Origin: Bacillota bacterium
Lineage (GTDB): Bacteria > Bacillota > Clostridia > Lachnospirales > Cellulosilyticaceae
Assembly: GCA_023393125.1 (NCBI GenBank)
Contig: JAEWMQ010000059.1
Location: forward strand, 1-64,000
DNA length: 64,000 bases
Direction of reading: 5' to 3'
Shown here: positions 9,944 to 18,255 of the stretch, piece by piece
Layout: each line of letters starts with the position of its first letter
Position numbering within the stretch: the first letter of the stretch is position 1
Position numbers and translations under genes: made by a program
Notes under the pieces: generated by a model
Database searches by the model: none
What the model was told of the DNA's origin: nothing
The model's input: the letters and a program-made list of their open reading frames with translations, nothing else

Positions 9944-11206
9944 TTACCCCACATTTCTTACATTCCATTTAACAAATACTATAAGTCCAAGGTTAACAAT
10001 AGCTGTTACTAATAAGATCATACCAATTGGTACGCCTAGCTCAATAACTTGTCCAAATAATAACTGTCCTGGCGCAACACTTATTGTTGCAACGGCTGTT
10101 GAAAAAGCTGATACACGCCCTAATAGTTCTTCTGGTATTTCCTTTTGTATAAATGTCAAAGTAAGTACATTAGACAATGCTAAAGAAAGCATAATAGCCA
10201 TGCCACTTATAGCAAAAAGTCCTGCTAAAATGTAAGAATTAAAGTTCACAAATCCTAACACGGACATTAATATTACACCTAGTATCATAGGAAAATAGGT
10301 GTAATGAACTTTTTTTATAGTAAACATCTTTGGCTTTATACTAATCCAAAGTCCCCCTAATATCATTCCTAGTACACATATGCCTTCAACAATACCATAA
10401 ATATGTGCTGGAAGTTCCAATCTAATATTAATAAAATATGGTGCCACAATAGATAAAATCGGTACTAAGAAAATATTACATAATGCATAGGAAATGATAA
10501 TTCCTAATACTGTTTGTTTTTCCTTCTTTAAGTAGACCAAATTGCTCTTCATATCTGTAAAGGAGTTTTTTATAAAGCTTACTAAAGATCCTTTGTTTTC
10601 AGTATGAGATTTTTCCTTAACCTCTACTTCTTCTCTCTTCACCACATCTGGAATATCTAAAAATAATTCCATAATAGCTGCTGCTAAAAAGCTAACTGCA
10701 TTAATGATAATAATCAGCTTAATTCCCATTAATCCATAAAGAATTCCTGCTAGTATCGGTCCTACAAAATTAACAATAGACCCTACTTGATTCACAATAC
10801 CGTTAGCAGATGTTAAATGTGCTTCATCTACAACTTGTGGAATAGAAGCTGTTACTGCAGGTCCATAGATTGTAGAACAAATAGATAGCATAAACATGAC
10901 AATCGCCACAATGATTGCATGATCTTTCCCATTAAATAATATGAATGCATAGCCACTAATCAGCACAGCACATGCTAAATCTAGATAGACCATAATCTTT
11001 TTCCTATTCACATGATCTGAAAGTCGTCCTGCTATAGGTGCAAACAAAATATACGGAAGTGTAGATATGGCTAGTATATTAGCAAAGGTAGCTGTACTTC
11101 CTGTAAACTCTAGTAAATATAGGGACATACTAAATCTCTGAATGGCACTTCCAAAAAGTGAGATAATCTGTCCTATAACTATAATGATGAAATTCTTATT
11201 TATCAT
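9944..11206 (-). CDS. MFS transporter (EntS/siderophore-exporter-like), last gene of the siderophore ABC operon
   Basis: 420 aa, ~12 TM. Its start overlaps the ATPase stop by 4 bp (translational coupling). Confidence 0.7.
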   Translation of the reverse strand: MINKNFIIIVIGQIISLFGSAIQRFSMSLYLLEFTGSTATFANILAISTLPYILFAPIAGRLSDHVNRKKIMVYLDLACAVLISGYAFILFNGKDHAIIVAIVMFMLSICSTIYGPAVTASIPQVVDEAHLTSANGIVNQVGSIVNFVGPILAGILYGLMGIKLIIIINAVSFLAAAIMELFLDIPDVVKREEVEVKEKSHTENKGSLVSFIKNSFTDMKSNLVYLKKEKQTVLGIIISYALCNIFLVPILSIVAPYFINIRLELPAHIYGIVEGICVLGMILGGLWISIKPKMFTIKKVHYTYFPMILGVILMSVLGFVNFNSYILAGLFAISGMAIMLSLALSNVLTLTFIQKEIPEELLGRVSAFSTAVATISVAPGQLLFGQVIELGVPIGMILLVTAIVNLGLIVFVKWNVRNVG

Positions 11207-11997
11207 ATATCCCCCCTACTTAACTCATATTCGATACATACAGGGTACTCCCCTGTTTCACTTTTCTTTAAATCTGCCTCAATACCAAAGATTTCTTTCA
11301 AGTTTTCTTTATTAATGACATCTATAGGTCTTCCTTCACAAACAATCTTTCCCTTTTTTAAACCTATGATATTATCTGCAAACCTAAAGGCACTATTTAT
11401 CTCATGTAAAACAATAACAACTGTAATCTTTTTTTCTTTATTGAGTCTTTCTAATATTTCTAGTACTTCTAATTGATAGGATAAATCTAAATAGGTAGTA
11501 GGCTCATCTAACATAATAATTTCTGTTTCTTGCGCTAATGTCATAGCAATCCAAGCTCTTTGTCTTTGACCTCCAGATAAATTTTCAACTTCTCTATCAG
11601 CAAATTCACTAAGACCTGTCTGCTCTATAGCCCAATCAATCATCTCTTGATCATGACTATTAAGCCCGCCTATCATTTTTTGATGTGGAAATCTGCCATA
11701 AGCTACTAATTCTCTTACTGTAAGCCCACTTGGACAAACTGGACCTTGAGGAAGAAAGGCAACCTCTTTAGCAATATCCTTCTCTTTAATCTTTCTAATA
11801 TCCTTATTATTAATGAAAATATCTCCACGTTTAGGCTTATTAATTCTAGCTATAGTTTTTAATAAGGTGGATTTTCCGCAACCATTACCTCCGATGATGA
11901 TACTTATCTTGCCCTTTGGTAATTTTAAGTTCATCTCCTCAATGATTGTTGTATTGTCATAAGCTACAGATAAGTTTTGTATACGAATAGCGTCCAT
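11203..11997 (-). CDS. Iron-siderophore ABC transporter ATP-binding protein (FepC/FecE-like)
   Basis: 264 aa. Walker A GGNGCGKST, signature LSGGQRQRAWIAMTLAQ, Walker B IIMLDEPTTYLD. Confidence 0.9.
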   Translation of the reverse strand: MDAIRIQNLSVAYDNTTIIEEMNLKLPKGKISIIIGGNGCGKSTLLKTIARINKPKRGDIFINNKDIRKIKEKDIAKEVAFLPQGPVCPSGLTVRELVAYGRFPHQKMIGGLNSHDQEMIDWAIEQTGLSEFADREVENLSGGQRQRAWIAMTLAQETEIIMLDEPTTYLDLSYQLEVLEILERLNKEKKITVVIVLHEINSAFRFADNIIGLKKGKIVCEGRPIDVINKENLKEIFGIEADLKKSETGEYPVCIEYELSRGDI

Positions 11998-11999
11998 TG

Positions 12000-13007
12000 T
12001 TAATTCTCCTTCATCATTAAATAAATGAAATAGGGTACTCCAAATATTGATACCGTTATTCCCACGGGAATTTCAATTGGAGAAAATAGATTTCTTGATA
12101 CTGCATCTGCCAAAAGTATGATAATCACACTAATCATAGCTGATACAAGTAGGAAATTTTTATGATATGGTCCAACTAACTTTCTTGCTATATGAGGTGA
12201 TATTAGTCCTAAAAAACCAATGTTCCCTGCAAAAGCTGTAGCTGTTCCTGCTAAGATTACTGCAAAGCTTAAAAATTTCTTTCTTTCTCTTTGTAAATTT
12301 AGTCCTAAAGATATAGCGATCTCATCTGAGAGATTTAATACATCTAACTTTTTATAGTTCAGGTATACTAAAGTAAACATCACCATAACAATAGGTATAA
12401 TCACTTTGGCATAGCTCCATCCCGAGCCCCATAGACTTCCTGATGTCCATACCAGTACTCTATTATAATCACCAACGCCGCCTCTAAAAGTAAAAAAGGA
12501 AATAAAGGCATTAAGTCCTGCATTGAGGCCAATCCCTATTAACAGAAGCCTTTTAGGTTTAATCCCTTTTCTACTAGATAACATATAAATTATAAAAGAC
12601 GTTACACCTGCTCCTATAATTGCCATGGCAGGAAGTACAAAGATAGAAAGTGCACCTAGTTCACTATAATAGGCACCTGTTTGATAAGTAATGAATAATA
12701 CTGCTGCTACTGCCGCTCCAGCGTTAATCCCAATGATTCCCGTATCTGCTAAATCATTTTTAGTAATCGTTTGAAGTAGTGCACCTGCTGTTGATAAGGC
12801 AATGGCCACAAACATCCCTACTAGAAGTCGTGGTAATCTAATACTTAATACTGCAATTCTTTGAGACTTTGTACCATTTCCAAGAAGCGTCTCAATAACT
12901 TCACCCACAGAAACTTGATAGCTTCCCCAACATAAAGTAACGGCAAAAGAGATAATTAGTAAAATACTTAAAACAATTAATACTAGCTTAAATTTTCTTT
13001 TCTTCAT
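12000..13007 (-). CDS. Iron-siderophore ABC permease (FecCD family)
   Basis: 335 aa polytopic protein. FecCD-type fold with glycine-rich TM helices, between the ATPase and a second permease. Confidence 0.85.
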   Translation of the reverse strand: MKKRKFKLVLIVLSILLIISFAVTLCWGSYQVSVGEVIETLLGNGTKSQRIAVLSIRLPRLLVGMFVAIALSTAGALLQTITKNDLADTGIIGINAGAAVAAVLFITYQTGAYYSELGALSIFVLPAMAIIGAGVTSFIIYMLSSRKGIKPKRLLLIGIGLNAGLNAFISFFTFRGGVGDYNRVLVWTSGSLWGSGWSYAKVIIPIVMVMFTLVYLNYKKLDVLNLSDEIAISLGLNLQRERKKFLSFAVILAGTATAFAGNIGFLGLISPHIARKLVGPYHKNFLLVSAMISVIIILLADAVSRNLFSPIEIPVGITVSIFGVPYFIYLMMKEN

Positions 13008-13999
13008 TATCCCCTCTCCTTTCTAGCGACTGAAATGAAAAATGGTACTCCGATTAAAGCAGTGAATATACCAATTGGTACTTCATAAGGATCAAATAGC
13101 ATTCTAGCTGCAATATCTGCATAAGTTAAAAGCACTGCTCCTAACAAAAAGGAGCACGGAATATTTTTTCTATAGTCTTCTCCTAATAACTTTCTAACAA
13201 TTTGTGGCACAATGAGGCCTACAAAGGCTATATTTTTACCCACTGCTACTGCTGCAGCACACATAGGAATCATAGTCATTAGGGTAGCAAATCTTATTTT
13301 CTCTGGATTTTGACCAAGTCCAATGGCTACATCATCTCCCAGGTTTAGTATATTAATCTTAGGAGATAATAAAATGGCCACTATAAGACCTAAAATACCT
13401 ACAATACATACTAGCTTAAAGTCTGACCAACTTGCATTTCTAAATCCTCCAGATACCCAAAAGCCTATCATTTGAGACTGATTAGATAATAAACCTACGA
13501 TTGTAGTTAATGACATAAAAAATGTACTCATAGCTGTTCCTGCTAAAAGTATCTTGGTAATGGATTTATTATTGGCTTTTTTTGAAATAAAACTAAGGAC
13601 AATAATGCCTGTAATGAGTGCTCCAATAAAAGAAGCAAGCATAACATTTCTTGTATTAATAACAATGCCTGTTGCATAAAAAATAGCAATAACTAAAGTA
13701 GCTCCTTGGCTAATTCCTAATATAGAAGGCTCAGCAATAGGGTTTCTTGTTACGCCTTGAAGCATACTACCTGTTACTCCTAATATTCCTCCTGTTAATA
13801 AAACAGAAAGAGCTCTTGGAATACGTACGTCTCTTACTAACATGAGTTCTAAAGTCTCACTATAATTAAAAATACTATTCCAAATGTCAGTTAGATTAAT
13901 AGGAACAGATCCCAGCCTAACGGCTAGGATCAGTCCTACAATTAGAAGTAACAAACTTATACTACTAAAAATAATGGTACGTTTATTACTTTGTTTCAT
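13007..13999 (-). CDS. Iron-siderophore ABC permease (FecCD family)
   Basis: 330 aa. Paralog of the adjacent permease. Overlaps its neighbour by 1 nt. Confidence 0.85.
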   Translation of the reverse strand: MKQSNKRTIIFSSISLLLLIVGLILAVRLGSVPINLTDIWNSIFNYSETLELMLVRDVRIPRALSVLLTGGILGVTGSMLQGVTRNPIAEPSILGISQGATLVIAIFYATGIVINTRNVMLASFIGALITGIIVLSFISKKANNKSITKILLAGTAMSTFFMSLTTIVGLLSNQSQMIGFWVSGGFRNASWSDFKLVCIVGILGLIVAILLSPKINILNLGDDVAIGLGQNPEKIRFATLMTMIPMCAAAVAVGKNIAFVGLIVPQIVRKLLGEDYRKNIPCSFLLGAVLLTYADIAARMLFDPYEVPIGIFTALIGVPFFISVARKERG

Positions 14000-14948
14000 T
14001 TAACATTTCACCTATTTCATCTACTAATAAGTCACGACCAATTGAGCTATACCCTTGATTAAAGTATGGTGATGAATCTAAAACAACTACATTTCCTTCT
14101 TTAACAGCTGGTAAGCTATTCCAAATAGCATTACTTTCAAGTACAGCTAAATCTTCCTGTGTTGCAATAAGGAAAATGTAATCTGTATCAATAGCTGCTA
14201 ATCCTTCGTAAGTTACAACTGGAAGGCTAATATCACTTTGCTCTGGCATTCCTTGTGGTTTAGCAAGTCCCATATCTTCATATAATACGCTTCCAAATCC
14301 TGCACCATCAAATACGAAGAACTGTCCACCACTTGCTAAGAATGATAGGTAAGTAGTATCTTCACCATATTGCGCTTTGATTTCATCACCTGCTGCTTTT
14401 GCTTTTACTTCATAATCTGCTATCCATTTATTAGCTTCCTCTTCTTTGTTAAATACTTTTGCAAAAGCTTTCACATCTTCTTTCCAATCTAAAGCTTCTA
14501 ATTGAATCATCACTGTTGGTGCTATCTCACTTAATTGATCATACATTTTTTCTTGAACTGTTGAAATAACAATCATGTCAGGATTTAAATTCACAACCGA
14601 TTCTACATCCATAGTGTCTTGCATACTATAGCCTAAAATCTCTGCACCTTGTAATACATCTTCTAAATAAGTTGGGAATTTAGTGTAGTCATACGCATCG
14701 CTGTTAGCTGTTCCTACAACTTTATATCCTAAGATAGATAAAATATCACTGTTTCCACTAAGATCTACTATTCTCTCAGGATTAGCTGGTATTTCAACTT
14801 CTCCTCTTACATCCGTTACAGTAACTGTTTCCTTTTGTGTTTGAGTTTCTGTTTGATTCTCTGCTGAACCATTTGTACTACTGCAACCTACGAGCATTGT
14901 AGCTGCTACACTCATAACAAGTAATGCTTTTAATAAATGTTTTTTCAT
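13986..14948 (-). CDS. Siderophore/iron-complex periplasmic-binding lipoprotein (PBP type 2, FhuD/FepB-like)
   Basis: 320 aa. Lipoprotein signal MKKHLLKALLVMSVAATMLVGCSS. Class III SBP size. First gene of the operon, with a GGAGG RBS. Confidence 0.85.
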   Translation of the reverse strand: MKKHLLKALLVMSVAATMLVGCSSTNGSAENQTETQTQKETVTVTDVRGEVEIPANPERIVDLSGNSDILSILGYKVVGTANSDAYDYTKFPTYLEDVLQGAEILGYSMQDTMDVESVVNLNPDMIVISTVQEKMYDQLSEIAPTVMIQLEALDWKEDVKAFAKVFNKEEEANKWIADYEVKAKAAGDEIKAQYGEDTTYLSFLASGGQFFVFDGAGFGSVLYEDMGLAKPQGMPEQSDISLPVVTYEGLAAIDTDYIFLIATQEDLAVLESNAIWNSLPAVKEGNVVVLDSSPYFNQGYSSIGRDLLVDEIGEMLNETK

Positions 14949-15010
14949 TATATGCCTCCATATATTATTACCATCTTTTATCGTACGATTTTACCTGACC
15001 CAATTCTATA

Positions 15011-15025
15011 TGAGACTGATTCTCA
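15011..15025. promoter_or_regulatory. Fur-box-like palindrome in the spacer of the siderophore-operon promoter
   Basis: TGAGACTGATTCTCA matches the Firmicutes Fur box TGATAATGATTATCA at 12/15 positions. It lies between a minus-strand -35 TTGAAA and -10 TAGAAT, 63 nt upstream of the SBP start. Confidence 0.45.
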
Positions 15026-15160
15026 TTTCAATGTTTACACCCCATTTAATTATTTTATCATCTATCATAACTATTTTTTGTTATAATAGATGATATACTA
15101 TATTATGTCCTAAGTCTTTTAAACTACTTATTAAAATTTTGAAATAAAAAGGATTTATTT

Positions 15161-16168
15161 ATGATTACTAAAACAACACAAGCGTTTCAAGATAACGTCC
15201 TCAGAAATTTAACTTTAGCGCCCTATCCCATGGAACATTACACCCTTTATAAAAATATAACTAAGCCTAATCTTGGCTACTTTATTAAATATAGTAGAGA
15301 AGGTTATTATGATTTTGAAGTTGGTGACTATACAGTTCCTTCAAATTTCTCTATCTCCTTTGATCATCAAGAGGAACTTTTACGTTTTGGAACTGTTTAT
15401 ATGGGTGAAACATCATTCGAAATTGAAGATTGCCCGGTTTCTTCTTTTACACCTTCCTCCTTTTTCGTAGTTGAAAAAGGTATGAAAGGCAAACAAGACT
15501 GGAAAGAAGGTACTCACCTTCATGGCGCAGAGATAACAATTCGCAAAAAGTACTTAGACGAAATCATCAATCAACATTTTCCAAATGCAATTGACCTTAG
15601 CTCCTTTATTCCTAACCATACTTATCACTATCTTCCCTTAGAAGTAGCTTCTATTGTTCAGACCCTAAGGAGCCTAGCTGAATCCGACCGTCTAACACTT
15701 TTATATTTAGAAAGTAAAATTTTAGAGTCTCTCGCTTTACTTAGTAATGAAATTTGTTCATCTCCTCAAAATGCGTTTACAAATCAGTTCCGTTATGCCC
15801 CTATTAAAATCGGGCAAGACCGATATATCACTCTAACTGTCTCTGATGTCCACGCCATTCAAAAGGCCTATGATATTTTGACCAAGGAGGCTTGTGATCC
15901 TCCTACGATAAAAAGCTTAAGTAAACGTGTCTTTCTCAATGAGCAAAAATTAAAAGCTGGTTTCTCTGCTCACTATCATATGTCTATTAGTGAGTACACC
16001 CATTCTATTCGTATGACTATGGCAGAAAATCTACTTTCTACTACAGAGCTAAGTATCAATGAAATTGCTAAAAAAGTTGGTTATCATCACAGTAGTAACT
16101 TTGTTAAAACATTTAAAAAAAGCCACGGAAAAACACCCTTGGCCTTTAGAAAGAAAAAAGAAACATAA
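15161..16168 (+). CDS. AraC-family transcriptional regulator (Btr/PchR-like position, divergent from siderophore uptake operon)
   Basis: 335 aa. C-terminal AraC HTH (…INEIAKKVGYHHSSNFVKTFKKSHGKTPLAFRK). The N-terminal ~230 aa is a putative ligand domain. Confidence 0.8.
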   Translation: MITKTTQAFQDNVLRNLTLAPYPMEHYTLYKNITKPNLGYFIKYSREGYYDFEVGDYTVPSNFSISFDHQEELLRFGTVYMGETSFEIEDCPVSSFTPSSFFVVEKGMKGKQDWKEGTHLHGAEITIRKKYLDEIINQHFPNAIDLSSFIPNHTYHYLPLEVASIVQTLRSLAESDRLTLLYLESKILESLALLSNEICSSPQNAFTNQFRYAPIKIGQDRYITLTVSDVHAIQKAYDILTKEACDPPTIKSLSKRVFLNEQKLKAGFSAHYHMSISEYTHSIRMTMAENLLSTTELSINEIAKKVGYHHSSNFVKTFKKSHGKTPLAFRKKKET

Positions 16169-16191
16169 CTTTACTTCAAAGGGAGAAAACT

Positions 16192-17400
16192 ATGAAATAC
16201 CATTATAAACACACCATGTATGCCTCTTTTATTGGATATATTGTGCAAGCTATCATCAATAACTTTATACCTTTATTATTTTTAACTTTTCAAGCACTAT
16301 ATGATATACCCATTTCTAAAATCACTTTTTTAGTGACCTTCAATTTTGGAATACAATTAATAGTCGATTTTTTATCAGCAGGATTTATAGATAAAATCGG
16401 CTACAAGGCTTCCGTGATTATTGCCCATATTTTTTCAGCCTTAGGGCTTATATCACTCACTCTATTACCTGAATTTTTTAGTGATCCTTTTATAGGATTA
16501 TTGATTTCAGTCATGATTTATGCTGTGGGTGGTGGCCTTATCGAAGTGCTTATAAGTCCTATTGTAGAAGCTTGTCCAACAGATAATAAAGAAGCTGCCA
16601 TGAGCCTATTACATTCTTTTTATTGTTGGGGCCACGTAGGTGTAGTCTTACTATCCACCTTATTCTTTGTTTTATTTGATACTTCAGCATGGAAGGTGCT
16701 TGCACTCCTATGGGCTATCATCCCTATACTCAATACATTTTTCTTCGCAAAGGTTCCTGTTTCTCATTTAATTGAAGATAACGAAAATGGACTCACCTTA
16801 AAAGAAATGTTTTCAAAAAAAATATTTTGGAATATGATGCTTTTAATGATATGCGCTGGAGCAAGTGAACAAGCTGTTAGCCAATGGGCTTCAACCTTTG
16901 CAGAAAAAGGACTTGAGGTAAATAAGTTTATTGGAGACTTAGCAGGCCCTATGTTCTTTGCCACTATGATGGGACTATCAAGAACCTTGTATGGTAAATG
17001 GGGTGGGAAAATCAATCTTGAAAAAATGATGCTATGTAGTGGTTTTCTTTGCTTTTTAAGTTATCTTATTATTTCACTTTCCCCACTGCCTATACTAAGC
17101 CTTCTAGGCTGTGGCTTATGTGGCTTAGCTGTTGGTATTTTATGGCCTGGAACATTTAGCATGTCTTCTGCAAAAATGAAGAGAGGCGGAACAGCTATGT
17201 TTGCTTTTCTAGCACTAGCAGGAGATGTGGGCTGCTCTATTGGACCAACTGTGGTAGGTACAGTATCTGGCGTATTTAATAATAACCTTAGGGTAGGTAT
17301 TATAACTGCTACTATCTTTCCTGTCTTACTGATTATAGGCGTAATCATCTGTATGCTTATAAGCAGGCAACAAATACATAACTCGTCATATAATGATTAA
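16192..17400 (+). CDS. MFS transporter (12 TM), co-transcribed with the AraC regulator
   Basis: 402 aa, hydrophobic throughout. Starts 23 nt after the AraC stop. Confidence 0.75.
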   Translation: MKYHYKHTMYASFIGYIVQAIINNFIPLLFLTFQALYDIPISKITFLVTFNFGIQLIVDFLSAGFIDKIGYKASVIIAHIFSALGLISLTLLPEFFSDPFIGLLISVMIYAVGGGLIEVLISPIVEACPTDNKEAAMSLLHSFYCWGHVGVVLLSTLFFVLFDTSAWKVLALLWAIIPILNTFFFAKVPVSHLIEDNENGLTLKEMFSKKIFWNMMLLMICAGASEQAVSQWASTFAEKGLEVNKFIGDLAGPMFFATMMGLSRTLYGKWGGKINLEKMMLCSGFLCFLSYLIISLSPLPILSLLGCGLCGLAVGILWPGTFSMSSAKMKRGGTAMFAFLALAGDVGCSIGPTVVGTVSGVFNNNLRVGIITATIFPVLLIIGVIICMLISRQQIHNSSYND

Positions 17401-17420
17401 CTTGGGGGATTTGGCTGCAT

Positions 17421-17439
17421 AAATTGAAATTTGTAGGGG
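17421..17439. repeat. Left copy of an 18-19-nt direct repeat bounding the ORF-free block
   Basis: aaattgaaatttgtagggg matches aaatttcaatttgtagag at 18153-18170 at 16/18 positions. Confidence 0.4.
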
Positions 17440-17460
17440 CGTTTATGAAAAAAGGCTTGT

Positions 17461-17662
17461 GGGAGGAAATGGAAGGGGCAGGCCTATCTTCCAGTGTTCC
17501 GGTTCAAATTTTTTGAGGCACTAGGCTTACTTATTTGGATGAACGCACGAAAACTCCCGCTGGTCAGACACTCGTGCTAAAACCCATCCAAAACGTTCGC
17601 CAAGTGCCTCTAAAAAATTCTCCCAAGTCACCCTTCCAGATAGCCCTCCCCCTTCCATTTCA
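17461..17662. ncRNA. Candidate structured RNA: ~200-nt extended imperfect hairpin (6S-RNA-like or MITE-like)
   Basis: Outer arm 17461-17494 pairs with 17633-17662 (13 bp perfect, ~23/29 overall). There is an internal asymmetric bubble. An inner 16-bp stem pairs aattttttgaggcact (17506-17521) with agtgcctctaaaaaatt (17603-17619). Further inner stems are tggatg/catcca and gcacga/tcgtgc. GC-rich relative to flanks and ORF-free. Confidence 0.3.
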
Positions 17663-17748
17663 GCCAAACGTTGCCTAGCACATAAACGTCTCTACAGTGA
17701 GATGCACAGTGAAAAACATTATGCCCTTCCAAACGTACAAGCATAATA

Positions 17749-18130
17749 ACATATAGAGCTTCTTAATAGTTTGTTGTGGTAAAGGAGTAGCCATGCCAGT
17801 AGGGGATTGATGTGTGGTTCTTTAGATATAAGCTTAGTAATTCTTAATGGAGGGTTTCTCAGGCATCCCTTCAGCCTTAATAACGTATAAAGTTTCCTAA
17901 TAGTGGGTTATTGTAAAATAGTAGCTATATAGGGAGGCTAGTGGACTTGCTGGAAGATGCCTTGGAGCAGAGCTTAGAAACTCTTAATGAAGTAATCCTT
18001 ATGGGTTTTAGGGTGAGTGTCCCCGCGTAGCGAGTTTTCACCCGTTCATATGGATTACGAATTTAGAGTTTCTTAGCGGAGTGAGACAGCAGCTGTAAGC
18101 AAGTACACTAGTCGGACTACATAGCGGTGC
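17749..18130. repeat. Five degenerate tandem repeats (period ~60-95 bp) sharing an AGYTT...CTTAATRG core
   Basis: Cores at 17756-17768 (agcttcttaatag), 17831-17850 (agcttagtaattcttaatgg), 17891-17903 (agtttcctaatag), 17971-17990 (agcttagaaactcttaatga) and 18065-18079 (agagtttcttagcgg). Each is followed by a G-rich segment. Confidence 0.4.
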
Positions 18131-18152
18131 TTTGCTTTACGCCTTATTATTC

Positions 18153-18170
18153 AAATTTCAATTTGTAGAG
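18153..18170. repeat. Right copy of the direct repeat bounding the ORF-free block
   Basis: aaatttcaatttgtagag. See the left copy at 17421-17439. Confidence 0.4.
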
Positions 18171-18214
18171 TTAAATCATTAAGTCTGAACTTAATATAAA
18201 TAGATTTCTTTAAA

Positions 18215-18255
18215 TAGTAGAACATCAAAAAACACATCCTAACTTAGCTAGGATG
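18215..18255. terminator. Bidirectional rho-independent terminator
   Basis: aaaaaaCACATCCTAACttaGCTAGGATGTGttttttg. A 10/11-bp stem flanked by A6 and T6. It terminates the minus-strand flotillin gene and any plus-strand transcript of the upstream block. Confidence 0.8.

Noticed and set aside
16764-17348. Two minus-strand ORFs (83 and 95 aa) inside the MFS gene
   Set aside because: They are antisense to a confident 12-TM transporter gene, with no domain resemblance.
17749-18130. CRISPR array interpretation of the degenerate repeats
   Set aside because: Repeat spacing is irregular (60-95 bp), repeat identity is only ~60 %, and no cas genes are in the window.
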